Assembly: GCA_951406725.2 (NCBI GenBank)
Contig: OX597819.1
Location: 63,798,001 to 63,862,000 of the forward strand
Source of the DNA: Octopus vulgaris
Taxonomy: Eukaryota
Reading direction: 5' to 3'
DNA length: 64,000 nt
Shown: piece after piece, positions 42,219-54,286 of the stretch
How positions within the stretch are numbered: position 1 is the stretch's first letter
How the letters are laid out: every line of letters begins with the position of its first letter
Notes under the pieces: generated by a model
What the model was told of the DNA's origin: nothing
Seen by the model: only the letters and a program-made list of their open reading frames with translations
Databases searched by the model: none
Made by a program: the position numbers and the translations under genes

Positions 42219-42864
42219 AATTATTGCTTGTGTTTTCATGCATAGAAATAAAATTGTGTTTATTCTCAACAGAGGAGCTGTAGATTTTTAGCAAGTTATG
42301 GTAGCAAGCTGTGATAAGTTACTTACGTGTCAACTTGGAATAGAGTGCATGCAAGTGCACACAGCTCATTAACACTTAAACGATAACCAAGAACGCAATA
42401 ACATTTGTCATATATTGTTAAAGAAATTATATGAGAAATAAATTCTCTCTGTATGTATTAAATATTGTTTTACGACATATGGATATCCATGACATTTGAT
42501 AATATTCTTGATAAAAAAAATGAACAAATTCTCAAATATCTTAAAGTTAACTGATTAATCATCACAGTTAAATGTCAGTAGCAAATAGTAGTAATTCTGA
42601 AGAAACCGTAAAACAGAGGTTGTAATCTTGCTCATTTGTTTCATTCAAGAGTTCTAACTTCACCAGATTGGAGGTTCCGATATTCATATATACATATTGT
42701 TAATATCGGAATCTTACATAATTCAATGTTAGAAGGGAATAAATTAAAATTTCGGTGTAGTATACTTTATTAGATATTTATAAATGTATTTGTATTAAAA
42801 AGTGAAAAAAAACAATACCAGCAAAAATAACAAGCCCTAGAAGAGATACGCATACACACACGTG

Positions 42865-42901
<37 letters not shown>

Positions 42902-42919
42902 CAAAGGGTACGTAACCCG

Positions 42920-42954
<35 letters not shown>

Positions 42955-42960
<6 letters not shown>

Positions 42961-43280
42961 TGTAAAACAATACAAACTGGGAGAAGAACACAACACATTT
43001 AGAAGACGATACAAAAAATACGGATGGGACATTCGAAGCCTTCAATCTTCAGTCAAGAACCGGATCATCCTCGCAATTTCGGCTGATTAATCTTGAGAAT
43101 GAAACAAATGAGGAAGATTACAACCTCTGTTTTTACGGTTTCTTAATCTCAAGATTAATCAGCCGAAATTGCGAGGATGATCCGGTTCTTGACTGAAGAA
43201 TGAAGGCTTCGAATGTCCCGTCCGTATTTTTTGTATCGTCTTCTAAATATTTTGCGTACTTGTCCCACTTTGTATGTTTT

Positions 43281-43290
<10 letters not shown>
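42955..43290. repeat. Inverted repeat (arms ~42955-43098 and 43147-43290) embedded in (TA)n
   Basis: tttagaagacgatacaaaaaatacgga...ggctgattaatcttgaga is mirrored by tctcaagattaatcagcc...tccgtattttttgtatcgtcttctaaa. Confidence 0.92.
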
Positions 43291-43316
<26 letters not shown>

Positions 43317-43369
43317 TAGGTGAATGAATTATCCTATGTTTATCGTCAGCATGGAAAATTCGTTTAACC

Positions 43370-43465
43370 GAAGCCTGGGTAGCAAATTCACGTCAGAAAA
43401 CACGGTTGAAGCGACCTGTCAAGGGTAGAAACTCCGGGTTCATGTGTAGAAATTTGTGTGTTGTA
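43370..43465 (+). mobile_element. PLE-like terminal fragment (family 3)
   Basis: Homologous to 9423-9512; retains gcc...gggtagaaac, a possible 3' half of an HHR. Confidence 0.55.
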
Positions 43466-43517
43466 TATGAATAAATGAAAAATAGAGTCGAACGAAGATG
43501 TTAACAAAATTCCTTTA

Positions 43518-43599
43518 CTCTCGACACATGTTTCGAAGACAGCATAATTTCATTCTAAAGGAATAAAGGGTGCATTATACAATCTTCTCATCAGGAAAG
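43518..43599 (-). ncRNA. Type I hammerhead ribozyme with ~53-nt stem II (family 2)
   Basis: CUUUC-CUGAUGA-GAAGA uuGUAUAAU gcaccc UUUAUUC cuuua GAAUGAA AUUAUGC ug UCUUC-GAAA-CAUGUG-UC-GAGAG; core intact, GUC triplet. Confidence 0.85.
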
Positions 43600-43831
43600 A
43601 AAGGGAGCCTCTCTCGACAACAAGACAAACTAAAATTTCGATGATTGCCTACATGGTAAACAAAGCGATAATGAGTGTTTTTTAAAAAAAAATCCGTTAG
43701 AAGAATTGACGTCAAAAATAGATAGTAGGAGGAAGAGAAGGGATAAAGTAATAATAGGTAGGGAACAGTATGTTTGCTGTATGTATGGAAATGTGTGGGT
43801 GTGTGCTTGTGTTACTGAGTTACTTTTGTTT

Positions 43832-43913
43832 CTTTCCTAATGAGAAGATTGCAAAATGCACCCTTTATTCCTTTGGAATGAAAATATGCTGTCTTCGAAA
43901 CATGTGTCGAGAG
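43832..43913 (+). ncRNA. Mirror copy of family 2 hammerhead with a core mutation (CUAAUGA)
   Basis: Same fold, but G5>A in the CUGAUGA box; predicted inactive. Confidence 0.7.
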
Positions 43914-43955
43914 TAAAGGAATTTTGTTAACATCTTCGTTCGACTCCATTCTTTC

Positions 43956-43995
<40 letters not shown>

Positions 43996-43997
<2 letters not shown>

Positions 43998-45720
43998 GAG
44001 GAAACGGAGAAGATATAAATGGAAAGACATCAGCCAGTAAACATTCGAGTATGTCTTTTTATTCAAGTGTAAATGATGAATACACACACACTTGTATGAG
44101 TAATACAGATTACCGAGTGGAAAAAGCTGGTAACAGCTTAAAAAGGGGTGTGAATACATATAAGTATATAGAAAGAAATGAACAACTGTGTATATTGAAA
44201 CATATATATGCGAACCTCTCTCCTTGTTGCATTAGGAATTCAGAACCTTCTTGCAGGTTGAGGCATTTCCGCATTTTGGACGTACACATTTTAAAATCAT
44301 TGGTTTCGCGGTTGTGGTGGAAAACTTCGCAATTGTCAGAAGTATTTTCAGCGATTTGTGTTGCTTTATGCATTTGATGAATTTATGTGTGTTTAGACTG
44401 TTGTTCATCTTTGTATCCCTAGAGAGCAGAGGCAGAATTTGTGTAATAGTGTTGTATGCCTTATTGTTTCTAGGATTGTGAGTTTATATATACGGTAGTG
44501 TTTTGAGAGGTGGTGTGGTGCTACGTTTTGTTTCCCTTGGTGTTTAATACCAAATTTTTTGGCATGCTTAATTCCATCAACTATAAGTTAGGGTAGATAT
44601 TGTCTCTCAGTTAGTGCTATTCTGAGGTCTTGAAGACGGTGGTCTTGTGTATTTTCATTAGACAGACACTAATGTGCATGTCTCTTTTGCTAAATTAAAT
44701 GGGTTATAACTTTCGAAGTGCTTCGGATGGCATAAGCTAAACAGAATACATTGTTTCCAGTCAGTTGGCTAATGATAAATGTCAGTTATAATTTGATTGG
44801 TGACATTTTTTTTATCATAAAACCTAAGAAACGGTGCTGTTCTTTGCTATATTCCATTGTAAATTCAATGTTAGGGAGCGTATTGTTAAGTATTGATTAA
44901 CATTTAAAGTTTGTCAATGGTCTCCTTCCAAATGATACAGCAGCCATTCAGGGATCTTTTCCACCATTCTCTCATAGAATGGTGAAATGGATGTCCATAT
45001 TTTTGCAATGAAACTTAATATATGGTGAATTCTAAATATCCCATTATTAGTTTCGCGAGAATAGGGGCTGCTTTCGTTCCGATCGTAATTCCAAGGCTTT
45101 GACAATAGTAGGTTTCAAATAGGAAATAAGTGCTCTAAAATATAAATTTTAATGTTTCAATAATAAAAGACTGGCTTACGCGTTCTGGGAGTTTTTCGGA
45201 GTACTTTTCCAGCTAGAATTTTATTTCCTGTATTCCATAGTCCTGTCGGTTATTGGTTTAAATATTAATGACATCGATGGAAACCAATATCTCTTCCTTA
45301 GTTGTTTGGATAGGTACTTAAACATGTCTAGATCGTTTGTAATGAAACATTTAATGTATTTCTGCAAGGGTTTCAGTAGGATGTCTAGAAAATTGCTTAG
45401 GCGATTGGTTTCACAGGCTGGGCCAGCTATAATGTGTCTTAACATTAAATCTTCTGGCGCTAGGGTATTTATTTATTTACCAGGTGATTGTTTGCAGGCT
45501 TCAATAAATATCTTGATTTTATTTATTTTAGGTAGGCCGTTAAAAAGACTAGGCTTGCATTTAAAGTTCGTGATATAATCTATTTCTTTTTTCTGTCAGA
45601 CATTTTCCAATTAGATGAAGGAAAGCTGCAACATCTTTCACTGTTTATTTTTTGATAGTTTACAACTTTTTCGTAATTGATACTACTAGGTTTAATGTAG
45701 TATTCTGTCTGCCATATTTG
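43996..45720 (-). mobile_element. Penelope-like element body: RT + GIY-YIG relic, many disruptions
   Basis: NFKCKPSLFNGLPKINK; LRHIIAGPACETNRLSNFLDILLKP; VSIDV; GITIGTKAAPILAKLIMGYLE; later C--C region (...CLNLQEGSEF). Confidence 0.88.
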
Positions 45721-45779
45721 TCTGACCAATATAGTTATGTCAGCAATCTGACATAACTATATCTGACATAACTATATAG

Positions 45780-47590
45780 GATCGTATCACCTTCTGGTTC
45801 AGTATATTTCGATTTTAGTCTAGTGTTGGACCGATAGTGGAGTGCCTGAAATCTCATAGCATTGAACTGTATGTTTTGTTTGTATGTATATTTCATTAAG
45901 GTCTTTTCTGCAGTTTTATTATGTCCTCTGGGTTCTTAACTGCCTGCGATATATTTGTGTCGTCAGCGTAACTGATCAGATTGGTTGACTGTATTGCGGG
46001 GAGGGGGGGCATGTCTGAGAGGGTTACCACAAATAGTAGTGGCCCCAGTACGGTTCGCTGTGGGATTCTGCTGAGAATTGATGTCTCTTCACAATGAGGA
46101 CCATTGGCTACAACTGACTAACTCCTGTCCTTCAGAAAATCCTACAGCCACTCTCCCAGTTTCCCAGTAATACCAAGGTTTCGCAGCTTATGACATGTCA
46201 TGCCAGGATCAACGTTGTCGAAGACCTTGGTAAAGTCGAGGTATATCACGTCTACAGTTAACTGGTTTAGCTGTTGCTTCAGTACCTAGTCAAAATGCTG
46301 CAGTATCTGTGTAAGGCAGCTCCTTCCTGGACGGAAGCCATGTTGCATGTTTCTGAGAAGGTCGTTTTCTTCTAAAACGTGATCAACCATTTTCTGACAA
46401 TGCGTTCCATTGTCTTGCTAACATGAGAGATCAGAAAGATGGGCCTGTAGTTTTCAGCATCTGCTCTGCTACCTCCTTTATGGAAAGGGCATATTATACC
46501 CTCATTTAGCATTTGGGAAATTTACCACATGCAACGAACCTCTGAAATGGTCTCTGCAGTTGCTTTGCAAGAGCATGTTAACAAGTATTTAAGAGAACAG
46601 CCGGGAGTCCATCTGGGCCTGTTGCTGAGTTTCATCTCATCTCATCAATAGCTGACATTATATCCTCCTCTGTTATGTTGATGTAATCGATGCATGCCTC
46701 TTTTCTGAATAGACTCGCTACATTGAAAACCCCTTAGGCTTGTTTATATGGTATTTCCAATGAAGACGGGAAAACACTTCGGAATTGTTTATTTAGTGCT
46801 TCAGTTATCTTCCCCGGGTCTGCAGTTAGTGAGCCATTTTTATCAAATAGTGACCCTATTTTATAGCGTACAGAATCAGACTCCTTTGCCAACCTGTAGA
46901 AGGCTTTAAGATTTCTTCTTATCTTTTCGAGTGTCCAGGTTTCTCTTTCTTTCTTCTCTTTGTTTTTCGTGGGAGATTTTCAGTTTAATTTCTATCTCGA
47001 AGAGTTCCTCTGTCAAGTCAGGTGGGATTTTATACTGTCATTTATGTATTTATTTCAAGATCTTTATTCTCCCCTACATGAGTATTCTCCTGTCTCGGTT
47101 AATGATGTTTTCGTGTGTATTGGCTCTCTTCTCTTGGACATATTTAATGCATATGGCTCGCATTTTGATTGAAATTTATTGAGTTTCTTGCATAGAGAGG
47201 CTTGTAGACCAGTCCTGATGAGGTATCTCTTTTTCAAGTGACTTCCAGTCAGTCTAATAGAAATTTAGGCTACTTAGGGCTTGAGCGCCATCTGCCTTTA
47301 TGTTTAGTTAATTCCAGGCCATACGTTATCAGTTCTCTCATGTTATGGACTGAGAATATTGTCGGTGATATATTTACGGACAATTTACATATTGTTTGTA
47401 AAACAGAAGTCCAGCATATTTTTGTAACTGGTTCGACAGAATATTACCTGCTCCATGAATAGCATTTTGGTAAGGTCAAATAGAGATTCCTGGGCTTACG
47501 TTACTTTCAGGCCACTTAATGTTGGGAACGTTGAAAACACTCATCAGGAATATAGTAGTACGACGATCCAATTGTGTTAGTACTTCCTGT
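45780..47590 (-). mobile_element. CR1/L2-group LINE ORF2 relic (endonuclease end to RT)
   Basis: GPDGLPAVLL, ENYRPI, QHGFRPGRSCLTQIL, VDVIYLDFTKVFDNVD, IPQRTVLGPLLF, YADDT, NIQFNAMRFQ. Confidence 0.9.
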
Positions 47591-47939
47591 ATCACACTAT
47601 ATATATATAATCAGCAGATGTGTTCCAAAGACTCTCGGTATACAAAGTAGGAGCGTTCAAATGATTCGAAGTTAGACTCCGATATCCTTACGAGGGACCA
47701 ATTACACGAGTAGCTATGAGAGCAATCCAGGTGAACAGATATGAAGAAAATTATTTGGATAAAAAATTAGATATAACAGCTTGGATTTGATATAACAAAT
47801 ATATATGTTTACATACAAACCCCAAAAGAATAAAGATTTTGAGACAATGGATATTTAAGAATTAATATATAGGTATATATATTAATAGATCAAACTGCAT
47901 AGTACAACCGGCAGAGAAAGCAGAAGGGAAAGAGATAAG

Positions 47940-48200
47940 GTATTATAAGATGGACATTATAATATGTTTCTGAGGGAGGGAGCATCCATCATGATGTTGG
48001 TAGATATAGTTCACCAAAATATACTACTCCAAATGCACGTTGGATAAATCTAGATTCCTTCATGAGGGTGGAAAGATATATTGGATTTCAGATCAAAATG
48101 CAGGAAATTTTAAAGGTGGAATTGTTAAATGTGATGAAGGATTCGGGTCTCGCTAGGGGGTCTGTGCAACTCAAAGTAGCACAGAACCGAATCAAACTGC
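47940..48200 (+). mobile_element. Possible old RTE-like LINE 3' fragment
   Basis: Weak resemblance (GH..., P....RWI..., VMKD) to RTE C-termini; heavily degenerate. Confidence 0.3.
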
Positions 48201-48401
48201 TTTGAATATCACCTTATAACCCCTACAAATAGACTGGGTGCTTTTTACTCTAGTTTGTCAAATCACACGTATACACACAGACACACATACACATATGTAT
48301 ATGTATTTTGTTGTAAGATACCTAATGTGAAATAGTATGTTGAAACAGATGGTGTTATATTTTGGGATGGCCATTTTTAGGGGGCCAAATAGACGCACGT
48401 G

Positions 48402-48471
<70 letters not shown>

Positions 48472-48496
48472 TTTTATATATATACATACATACATA

Positions 48497-48543
<47 letters not shown>

Positions 48544-48937
48544 GTAAGCTTAACTGCTGAGCCATATACCTGTACCCGCATACACATACACACACACTAT
48601 AACACAATATATAAGAACATTTATATATGTGTATGCATCTACATATGCATGTTAGCATGTGTGTGTGAGTGTGTGCGTGTTGTCTGTATGCCTGCGTGTG
48701 TGTATGCGTGTGTTATAATTATAAATTGATCAGATTATTGCGATGTAATTTGTCTTTCGCTAAATCTTAAATTTTAATTAAGTTGCACACACACGACACC
48801 TACACAATTCGGCTATAACTGTATGCGGTCAACTCTCATATCTTATGAACAGACTTGTATAGATTAAAATTCTTGGTACATCCGTCCTCATCTTCATTTT
48901 GATTAAATACAATTCATGTTGAAGACCATTCATAATC

Positions 48938-49050
<113 letters not shown>

Positions 49051-49249
49051 AACACACACACACAAACACGCGCACACACACATATATACATGTGTGCCTG
49101 TATGTGTTTATAAATATATATACATATATATTATATGCATATATATATAATATATATAATATATATGTGTATATATATAAATATATATATAATATATACA
49201 TATATATATATATAGAATACATAAATCACAGTATGTCTGTATAATGATT

Positions 49250-49620
49250 AAAGCATACGTTTCCACAATTTCACAGCCGATTTTCAACAAAGTTTACGCA
49301 CACATCACTTTTGATAGTCATGGATTATAACATTTTGCCCAGAGCTCACTCGTAAATGGACGCAAATTGACATAGTTATTTTATATGTAAGGTCTTCCAT
49401 ACTTTTTAAATCTTTTTTTTTTTAAGTGAAAGGATTTTGTCTATTTATTTATTTCGTCTGTTCACCTGCCACGGTGACTGAATTGGCTAGGAACACCGAA
49501 CGCAAGCATTTCCACGATTTTCAACCGATTTCACCAAACTTTATACACACATGACTTGCATTTTCTCTATTTATTTCGACTGTACACCTGCCATTTTGAT
49601 TTAATTGACTAGAAACACGG
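49250..49620. repeat. Imperfect direct duplication (two units)
   Basis: tttccacaattt..ccgattttcaacaaagtttacgcacacatcactt and tctatttatttcg.ctgt.cacctgcca recur at ~49260/49508 and ~49440/49567. Confidence 0.7.
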
Positions 49621-49734
49621 TACACGATGAATATCCTATACCAAACAATCTTAATCTGAATATTCGAACTACATTAAACTTTGGCAAGCTTACATTTGAT
49701 GTTCCCTTCCCTCTGTTCTATTTGATGATACATT

Positions 49735-50214
49735 TGTATATTAGAGCTTGTTAAATACGTATAAATTTGCATTCACTCTAGTTATCTTTCTTACATGAGA
49801 TTATCATATTCATTCCCTATTTAAATTAAACGCAAAATAAAACATACCCGCTATCGTACACATGATCATTCGTACATATAGACGCATATAACCAAACGTA
49901 CATGCACGGATATACACACATATGAAAGTGTATATCTATCAGTTTATCTATCTACTTATCTAAATATATTTATCTATCTCTCTCTGTTTCTCACCCTCTA
50001 TCTCTATGTATGTATATATTTATATGTATAGTGAGAGTTCACAAAAAAAGCAAAAGACTAAGAGAGGTGGTGTAGAAAACAAAAACAGATGTATTAGTAT
50101 AACTCTCAGGAATTGAAAAATTCTTTTACGTTTCGAGCCTACGCTCTTCTACAGAAAGGAACAGAGAGAGAAACAAGGAGACAAACAAGGACAGAAATCA
50201 ATGTGTGTAGTAGC

Positions 50215-50283
<69 letters not shown>

Positions 50284-50406
50284 GTATATATGCATATAAG
50301 GAATTATGATAGTCTTATTCTAATTATAATTTATGTATATGTGTTTAGGAGGGGATTTTATACACCTCTCTATTTACATCTACACACATCCATACATATA
50401 CATGTA

Positions 50407-50486
<80 letters not shown>

Positions 50487-50649
50487 TATCTCTCTTTATA
50501 TATATTAATATACGTACAAATACATATATGTGTATCTGTATGGATGTGTGTATGTAAACAAGAAACAGGTGTATAAAATCCCTCCTAAACACATATACAT
50601 AAATTATAATTAGAATAAGTCTATCATAATTCCTTATATGCATATATAC

Positions 50650-50695
<46 letters not shown>

Positions 50696-51174
50696 CTACT
50701 ACACACATTGATTTCTGTCCTTGTTTGTCTCCTTGTTTCTCTCTCTGTTCCTTTCTGTAGAAGAGCGTAGGCTCGAAACGTAAAAGAATTTTTCAATTCC
50801 TAAGAGTTATACTAATACATCTGTTTTTGTTTTCTACACCACCTCTCTTAGTCTTTTGCTTTTTTTGTGAACTCTCACTATACATATAAATATATACATA
50901 CATAGAGATAGAGGGTGAGAGACAGAGAGAGATAGATAAATATATTTAGATAAGTAGATAGATAAACTGATAGATATACACTTTCATATGTGTGTATATC
51001 CGTGCATGTACGTTTGGTTATATGCGTCTATATGTACGAATGATCATGTGTACGATAGCGGGTATGTTTTATTTTGCGTTTAATTTAAATAGGGAATGAA
51101 TATGATAATCTCATGTAAGAAAGATAACTAGAGTGAATGCAAATTTATACGTATTTAACAAGCTCTAATATACA
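49735..51174. repeat. 1.44-kb palindrome: arms 49735-50367 and 50567-51174, ~99% identical
   Basis: Reverse-complement match with about 3 substitutions, 1 indel and a TA-length difference; it produces the twin ORFs 50113+ and 50796-. Confidence 0.95.
50695..50880 (+). mobile_element. PLE-like terminal module family 5 with HHR-like motif at 50751-50786 (mirror at 50030-50215, minus)
   Basis: CUUU-CUGUAGAA-GAGC guag GCUC-GAAA-CG-UA-AAAG; same module at 53927-54087 and 62335-62480. Confidence 0.65.
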
Positions 51175-51287
51175 TTAAAATACAATAGCGTTCCTTAATA
51201 TCATCTAATTATACACGGTGTTGCGCACATCTGCAATTATGCATTCATATACAAACATATATATATATATATACATACACACACACA

Positions 51288-51342
<55 letters not shown>

Positions 51343-51745
51343 TTATGTCTGTGTGTGTATGAATGTCTCTGTGTAGGTTTGAGTAATTCTTATAACTTAG
51401 CGCTTTGTAAAAGTTATATTCCCTAAATTTTCCGAAGTGTTTTTTCTTTCTCTCTGTGCAATAATGGACCGCTTTAAAATTTAATGTTTTTCATCGAGTT
51501 TCGTTCATTCTTCTCTTACTGGAACTTGTTTGATTACGCAATTTCATATTTTATATTGTCACAGTGTATTAACATAATTACTACCAGTTAATTTGGAGGA
51601 AATTTTGTTCCAAAAATTATTAAATCTATAAACTATATTCTCGGCTGTGGTTTCTACGTATATTTCACTCGCGCTATAAAGCCACACAGATTCGATGTTT
51701 GTATGAATGTATAAATGTATGTATGTACATACAAACACACACAAA

Positions 51746-51821
<76 letters not shown>

Positions 51822-51867
51822 GTACGGTGAATAGACTGACGTCTATATTACCCCAAAGTGAAATTAA

Positions 51868-52722
51868 TACCCGGGTCTCATTTTAACAGATATATTTACC
51901 AAAATTAAACAAAAATATCTTTAAATACTAAAGTGTAAATTTATTCAATAGAATCTCCATTTGCGTCAGTCATGGCCTCCAGACGACTTCGTAATCTCCT
52001 GCAACTCTTCTGGACTATCTCCATATCGAAGTTTTTAAATGATTCCATAATCCTTGCTTTCAGTTTAACTTTGGTATTACAAGGAGAGTTTTGTTGGTAT
52101 ATCGCTCAATTGCGCCCCGCACAGTAGTCAATGGGGTTGCAGACTGGGGAGATTTAGATGGCCAGAATTTAGGGAAATGTGGTCGCAGAAATTGTCTGAC
52201 AGCCATGACTGATTTCTCTTGCCTGTGTGGCATGGTTTAGAGTCCTGTTGCCAGACATAGGGTCTTTCTGCAGTCACCCTTTTGACAAACCCATGGCAGC
52301 ATTATTTCCTCTAGGTACATGATGTAGGCTAGGCACATGATGTAGGCCTACGTGTTAGTTGTGAAGCCATGTGGAAAGATGAATGAAGGCATAACGTCGC
52401 CATCACCAGTGATCACTCAAAACTCCATGATGTTGAATGGATGTTTGATTTCATCACTATCGGTACATGTACTCAGATTGTGCTGACCTCAGATTGACAC
52501 CCAGACACTCTGGAATATTTGTGTTGGAGCTTTCAGCTCAAATGCCAAGTACTACAGCATCTTTCAAAATTTCCGGCAGAGTGAATTGCGTCATGGTGCT
52601 GGTTTTCACACAGATGGTGCCCAACTGACCCTACTATACAGTGTAGTCGGAAAATGCAAAAGCAAGACATTCGTAAGCGTTAAATTAAAAATATAAAACG
52701 ACAATTTTGCCATCGCAACCTG
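51868..52722 (-). mobile_element. Internally deleted maT/DD37D-like Tc1/mariner element
   Basis: VITGDGDVMPSFIFPHG; ERPYVWQQDSKPCHTGKRNQSWLSDNFCDH; degraded WP--SPDCNPID; KARIM...RRLRSRLEA..ANGD. Confidence 0.88.
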
Positions 52723-53926
52723 TATGTATATATTTATGCAAAGTAGACAATAATGTCGTTTAAAATTTTCGACAGCCGTTTTCATAGAATTATATTTAAT
52801 GCGGTCATAAATATTCTCACGTTATACTATCTGCCATCTCAGGTAAAATTTTAAACAGGTAAATTTTGAATTCTGACCCAGTATGGACAATATTAGCTTT
52901 ATACTAATTTATGCAAATCTATGGAAACAGAGAGAGGGCAAGAAGGAGAGAGAGAGACAGAGGTAGAGTTTTTCGAGCTGCTCATGTGTCAAGTTTCGGA
53001 GTTGTAAAATAATGCTTTCTCTTCGGATATACGGCGTAGACTTGTAGAAGAAACTTACTTTGATATATATGGGTAACAGTCTTGCTCTGGCTTGCATACA
53101 GCGTCCTCCACCTATGCTCGCGCTGTAGATCATGTAAAATAAAATATCCTGATTTACGCAAATTATATGCTCCATAACAAATTGCACACAACCTAATATA
53201 TGAGGCTGAGAGATTTGCAGCAGAAGTATGTAGGAATATGGTCTGTGAAATAGGCAAGGAGATGGCAGTAAGGCTGTTAATGAAACCTCATATAGAACCC
53301 CAACTGCAAATACAGCAGTTCGATTCACATTTGGTAAACAGGCCATCGCCTTGGCGATCGCTTTTGTCGGCACGTTAGAATTACGCTATTAAATATGCTA
53401 GGCTATTTGTAGTTACCTACTTAGAAAAGAAAAAGAAAAGGATATTCCAATTTTCTAGTGTGCGACCTTATGATATAAAAAGCGCTTGCATCTGTGTAAG
53501 CTATAGATCAGTCTTCTAAAGATCAACGTTCCTTGTGCAAACACAATATCACAGAAGCTACTTGTTGGAATGAACACCTTTCCTTCCAATCCTTGAACCT
53601 ATCTGAGTTTAGCAATGACTCTCTTTAACTTAATCTTTCAGATCACCACATTTTCCTTTCTTCTCAAGTTCATTTGCTTCAATTCCTAGTTTCACTTTAT
53701 TCCTCCTGCCATTCTCACTTAAATATCCTCTCCGAATATCACCTGCTCAGATATGCACCGTAATGTGTTGCTACGGTGCTTCTCAGTTGCCTTGACAACC
53801 TCAAATATCGAAAGCGTGAAATCCTGCGGCCATTTCTATTCGCTTTGTTATTGAAATCCCGAAGAAAATATCTGCTCGAGAATTTTACATTACATTTTCT
53901 GTATATATATATATATATATATATAT

Positions 53927-54087
53927 TCATTAACTCTGTGTTAATTTTCTCTTATTCCTCTTTGTTGAAGAGCGTAGGCTCGAAACTTTAAAGGCTTTTT
54001 TTCGTTTTCCCGAGCGTCAAAATAGCACTACTGCTTGTTGTTCATACAACTATCTTCGTCTTTTGTTTTTCTATAAATTTCAACAAT
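53927..54087 (+). mobile_element. PLE-like terminal module family 5 in (TA)n
   Basis: ttgttgaagagcgtaggctcgaaactttaaagg... followed by the tail cttcgtcttttgttttt. Confidence 0.65.
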
Positions 54088-54104
54088 GTATATGTATATA
54101 TGAA

Positions 54105-54150
54105 TGGCAGTGCCCCAGCATGGCCACAACTGGTGAGCTGAAACCAGATA
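54105..54150 (+). mobile_element. CR1-like LINE extreme 3' end
   Basis: tggcagtgccccagcatggccacaac...gagctgaaaccaga matches 8526-8570. Confidence 0.7.
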
Positions 54151-54167
54151 AAATGAAAAAATAAAAA

Positions 54168-54210
<43 letters not shown>

Positions 54211-54232
54211 CGGCTATGTATTTCGTAAGAAA

Positions 54233-54286
<54 letters not shown>

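Larger units (their letters stand above)
43466..43965. repeat. Inverted repeat of PLE family 2 terminus (arms ~43466-43602 and 43829-43965)
   Basis: gagtcgaacgaagatgttaacaaaattcctttactctcgacacatgtttcgaagacagc is mirrored on the right; outer ends abut TA repeats. Confidence 0.92.

Noticed and set aside
43186-43222. CUGAAGA...GAAU-GUC as a hammerhead in the 42955-43290 palindrome
   Set aside because: GAAA is absent, and stems I and II are not convincingly formable.
51240-51365. Apparent hairpin around (TA)n
   Set aside because: Explained by the generic (CA)n-(TA)n-(TG)n arrangement, with too little complex sequence.
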